Source of the DNA: Eubacteriales bacterium
GTDB taxonomy: Bacteria; Bacillota; Clostridia; Oscillospirales; UMGS1783
Reading direction: 5' to 3'
Length of the DNA: 64,000 bases
Assembly (NCBI GenBank): GCA_045595395.1
Contig: JAZOAH010000028.1
Location: 158,897-222,896, forward strand
In this document: positions 61,612 to 64,000 of the stretch, one piece after another
Numbering within the stretch: position 1 is the first letter of the stretch
How the letters are laid out: every line of letters begins with the position of its first letter
Notes under the pieces: generated by a model
Databases searched by the model: none
What the model was told of the DNA's origin: nothing
The model's input: only the letters and a program-made list of their open reading frames with translations
Program-made: the position numbers and the translations under genes

Positions 61612-61702
61612 GTGAATTTTTAATTTTTTATGAATTAGATATTGTGAAATGAATCATTTCGGTGTATAATATGATGACAATACTCTGAAGAGAGGTGTAT
61701 TT

Positions 61703-62050
61703 ATGCTGAAAATCAACGGCACCAACGGAGATATTTATCTGGCCGATTCGGTCATCGCCCGCCTGGTTGGCTACGAGGTCACCGGCTGCTTCGGCGTTGT
61801 GGGTATGGCCGCCAGAAACACCGCTGACAGCGTGGTATCTCTTCTGTCTCGTGACAACATGGAAAAGGGCGTCAATGTACGCTACGAAAATAACGAGTTG
61901 AATATCGACCTGCACATCATCATTTCCCACGGCGTGAATATTCCTGCCATCTCGCAGGCCATCGAGGAAAAGGTGAGTTACAGTGTGGAACAATTCACCG
62001 GCGTCAATGTGCGCAAGGTGCAGATCTTCGTCGATTCGATCAAGGCGTAA
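61703..62050 (+). CDS. Asp23/Gls24 family envelope stress protein (YloU-like)
   Basis: 115 aa. Asp23 family pattern (IARLVGYEVTGCFGVVGM) and position upstream of the DAK2 gene. Confidence 0.8.
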   Translation: MLKINGTNGDIYLADSVIARLVGYEVTGCFGVVGMAARNTADSVVSLLSRDNMEKGVNVRYENNELNIDLHIIISHGVNIPAISQAIEEKVSYSVEQFTGVNVRKVQIFVDSIKA

Positions 62051-62074
62051 CTGCGCCGATAGTGAGGTAATACT

Positions 62075-63703
62075 TTGGAACTGACATCATCGCTGCTGCG
62101 GGACATGATCGTCTCGGCAGCCAATCATCTTGAAAATAAAAAGCAGCCTGTCAACGACCTGAACGTCTTCCCCGTTCCCGACGGTGATACCGGCACCAAT
62201 ATGTCGCTGACGCTGGGTGCAGCCCGCAAAGCCGTACTGGAACTGGATACCGACGAGGTCGGCGCCGTGGCCAATGCCGCCGCCAACGCCCTCATTCGCG
62301 GCGCTCGTGGCAATTCCGGCGTTATTCTGTCCCTGCTCTTCCGTGGCCTTGCCAAGGGCTTGAAAGGCATGAAGACCGCCCAGGCCAAGGACTATGCCCG
62401 AGCCGCCACGCTCGGCTGCGAAGGCGCTTACAAGGCCGTTATGAAACCGACCGAGGGCACCATCCTCACCGTGTCACGTCTGTCTGCCTCGGCTGCCGTT
62501 AAGGCCGCCAACAGCGGACAGGATCTGCGCAAGGTCTTTGATGCCCAGTTGGAGGCTGCCCGTGCAGCCCTTAAGCAGACACCCGAAATGCTGCCCGTCC
62601 TTAAGCAGGCCGGTGTTGTTGATGCCGGCGGTCAGGGCTACGTCATCGTTCTTGAGGGTATGCGCAGCGTTTTGGTTGACAACAAGATCATCGAAGCCAA
62701 GGAGCACACCGAAGAGGTAGCCTCCATGGCCGACTTTGATAACTTTGATACCGAAGAGATCAATTTCGCCTACTGCACCGAGTTCCTGATCGACAAGGCC
62801 GATCCCGATTCGGAGGCCGACGATTTCCGCTCTTATCTGCAGACCATCGGTGACTGCGTTGTGGTCGTTGATGCCGGCGATTTTATCAAGACCCATGTAC
62901 ACACCAACAATCCCGGTCTGGCTCTGGAAGCGGCCGTCAAGCTCGGCTCGCTGACCAAGATCAAGATCGAGAACATGAAAGAACAGCACACCGCTTTAGT
63001 GTCTGATGCTCAGCCCGAAGCGCCTGCTGCGCCCGCCGCACCCGAAAAGCCCTACGGTTTTGTAGCCGTCGCTGCCGGCGAAGGCTTCCACACCGTGCTC
63101 AAAGACCTGGGTGTTGACAATATCATTTCCGGCGGCCAGACCATGAACCCCTCGACCGAGGACATTCTCACCGCCATTGACCTTACCCCGGCCGAAACGG
63201 TCTTTGTGCTGCCCAACAACAAGAACATTATCATGGCTGCCGAGCAGTGCGTCGATCTGACCGAAAAGAATGTCGTTGTGTTGCCGACCAAGACGGTGCC
63301 TCAGGGCATCACCGCCATCTTTGCCTTTGATCCCGACGCCGATATCGACACCAACGCTGCCGCCATGATGGAGGCTGCCGGCACCGTCACCACCATGTCG
63401 GTCACCTATGCCGCCCGTGACAGCATCTTCGACGGCATGGAGATCAAGAAGGGTGACTATCTGGGCATGGTCAACGGCAAGGTGCTGGAGGTCGAACGTT
63501 CGCTGGCCGACTGCATCGGCAAAATGGCCGATGAGGGACTGCGTGGCGGCGAGACCTATCTCAATGTCTTCTACGGCGAGGGCGTGACCGAAGAACAGGC
63601 CGCCGAAGCCCAGACGCTGCTGTCTGAGCATCTGCCCGATGCGGAGATCAACGTTATCAACGGCGGTCAGCCGGTCTACTACTTTGTCATTTCGGCGGAA
63701 TAA
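62075..63703 (+). CDS. DAK2 domain fusion protein (YloV-like)
   Basis: 542 aa with a Dak2 N-terminal domain (VFPVPDGDTGTNM) plus a DegV-like C-terminal part. TTG start. Confidence 0.8.
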   Translation: MELTSSLLRDMIVSAANHLENKKQPVNDLNVFPVPDGDTGTNMSLTLGAARKAVLELDTDEVGAVANAAANALIRGARGNSGVILSLLFRGLAKGLKGMKTAQAKDYARAATLGCEGAYKAVMKPTEGTILTVSRLSASAAVKAANSGQDLRKVFDAQLEAARAALKQTPEMLPVLKQAGVVDAGGQGYVIVLEGMRSVLVDNKIIEAKEHTEEVASMADFDNFDTEEINFAYCTEFLIDKADPDSEADDFRSYLQTIGDCVVVVDAGDFIKTHVHTNNPGLALEAAVKLGSLTKIKIENMKEQHTALVSDAQPEAPAAPAAPEKPYGFVAVAAGEGFHTVLKDLGVDNIISGGQTMNPSTEDILTAIDLTPAETVFVLPNNKNIIMAAEQCVDLTEKNVVVLPTKTVPQGITAIFAFDPDADIDTNAAAMMEAAGTVTTMSVTYAARDSIFDGMEIKKGDYLGMVNGKVLEVERSLADCIGKMADEGLRGGETYLNVFYGEGVTEEQAAEAQTLLSEHLPDAEINVINGGQPVYYFVISAE

Positions 63704-63705
63704 GT

Positions 63706-64000
63706 ATGGAACATCTTGACTTTCTCTATTCCCGCCGCAGCATGCGGCGTTACACCGACAAGCCGGTGGCTGACGAGCAGCTGCGTGCCATCCTCAAGGC
63801 GGCCATGCTCGCCCCTTCCAGCCGCAACGGCCAGCCCTGGCATTTTGTTGTGATCAAGGATGCGGCCACCCGTGAACAGTTGATGGAATATCAACCCAAT
63901 ATGTCCTTTGCCCGATATGCCGACACGGTCATTTTGGTCTGTGCCGACACACGCATCACCACCCTGCCGCAAGCCCATTCTGATTGCGCCGCCGCCACCA
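63706..64000 (+). CDS. nitroreductase family protein (3' end beyond window)
   Basis: Hand translation from ATG 63706: MEHLDFLYSRRSMRRYTDKPV...APSSRNGQPWHFVV. This is the nitroreductase N-terminal signature, and the frame stays open to the window edge. Confidence 0.7.
   Translation, partial: MEHLDFLYSRRSMRRYTDKPVADEQLRAILKAAMLAPSSRNGQPWHFVVIKDAATREQLMEYQPNMSFARYADTVILVCADTRITTLPQAHSDCAAAT

Noticed and set aside
1-64000. CRISPR arrays, rRNA genes, IS elements and obvious frameshifted pseudogenes
   Set aside because: Intergenic regions are short and are explained by promoters, terminators and leaders. No regularly spaced repeats, transposase-like ORFs or split family signatures were seen by eye.

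Overview
This is a gene-dense chromosomal segment, GC-rich by eye, with about 68 protein genes and 2 tRNA-Arg genes. The gene content fits a spore-forming Clostridia (Oscillospiraceae-like) genome: it has bofA, DUF4364, DUF4830 and a PRK06851-type ATPase. That taxonomic placement is an inference.

Most of the window is core metabolism.
- A four-gene lysine operon, dapA-dapB-ddh-lysA, sits behind a lysine (L-box) riboswitch.
- A ten-gene histidine operon, hisZGDCBHAF-IE, is led by a TrpR/YerC-like regulator gene.
- Single housekeeping genes include galE, cysK, class 3 fbp, ilvE, trmO, mgsA, glgB, ispE, ychF, nadE, pgeF and yloU/yloV-like genes.
- Envelope and transport functions include two tandem class A PBPs and metal transporters (mntP, a ZIP protein, a Ca/Na antiporter).
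- An ABC transporter lies behind a T-box leader.

I saw no CRISPR array, rRNA, transposase or integrase.

The most interesting items are:
1. An orphan surface lipoprotein carrying the motif set of GT80 (PM0188-type) sialyltransferases.
2. An XRE repressor plus ImmA/IrrE metalloprotease pair, divergent from a Y-family DNA polymerase. Three copies of a GACC-N4-GGTC operator sit inside face-to-face consensus promoters.
3. A T-box leader (candidate UUC specifier) controlling a COG2984-type ABC transporter.
4. An EF-G paralog whose catalytic histidine is replaced (DTPGFF).
5. An SbcC/Rad50-like ATPase with two transmembrane helices in the middle of its coiled coil.
6. ispE without any canonical start codon upstream of its conserved PAKINL motif.
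7. A terminator-like hairpin inside a cold-shock gene leader.

All calls come from reading the sequence and ORF translations by eye. No database search was run, and family names are from memory of motifs.
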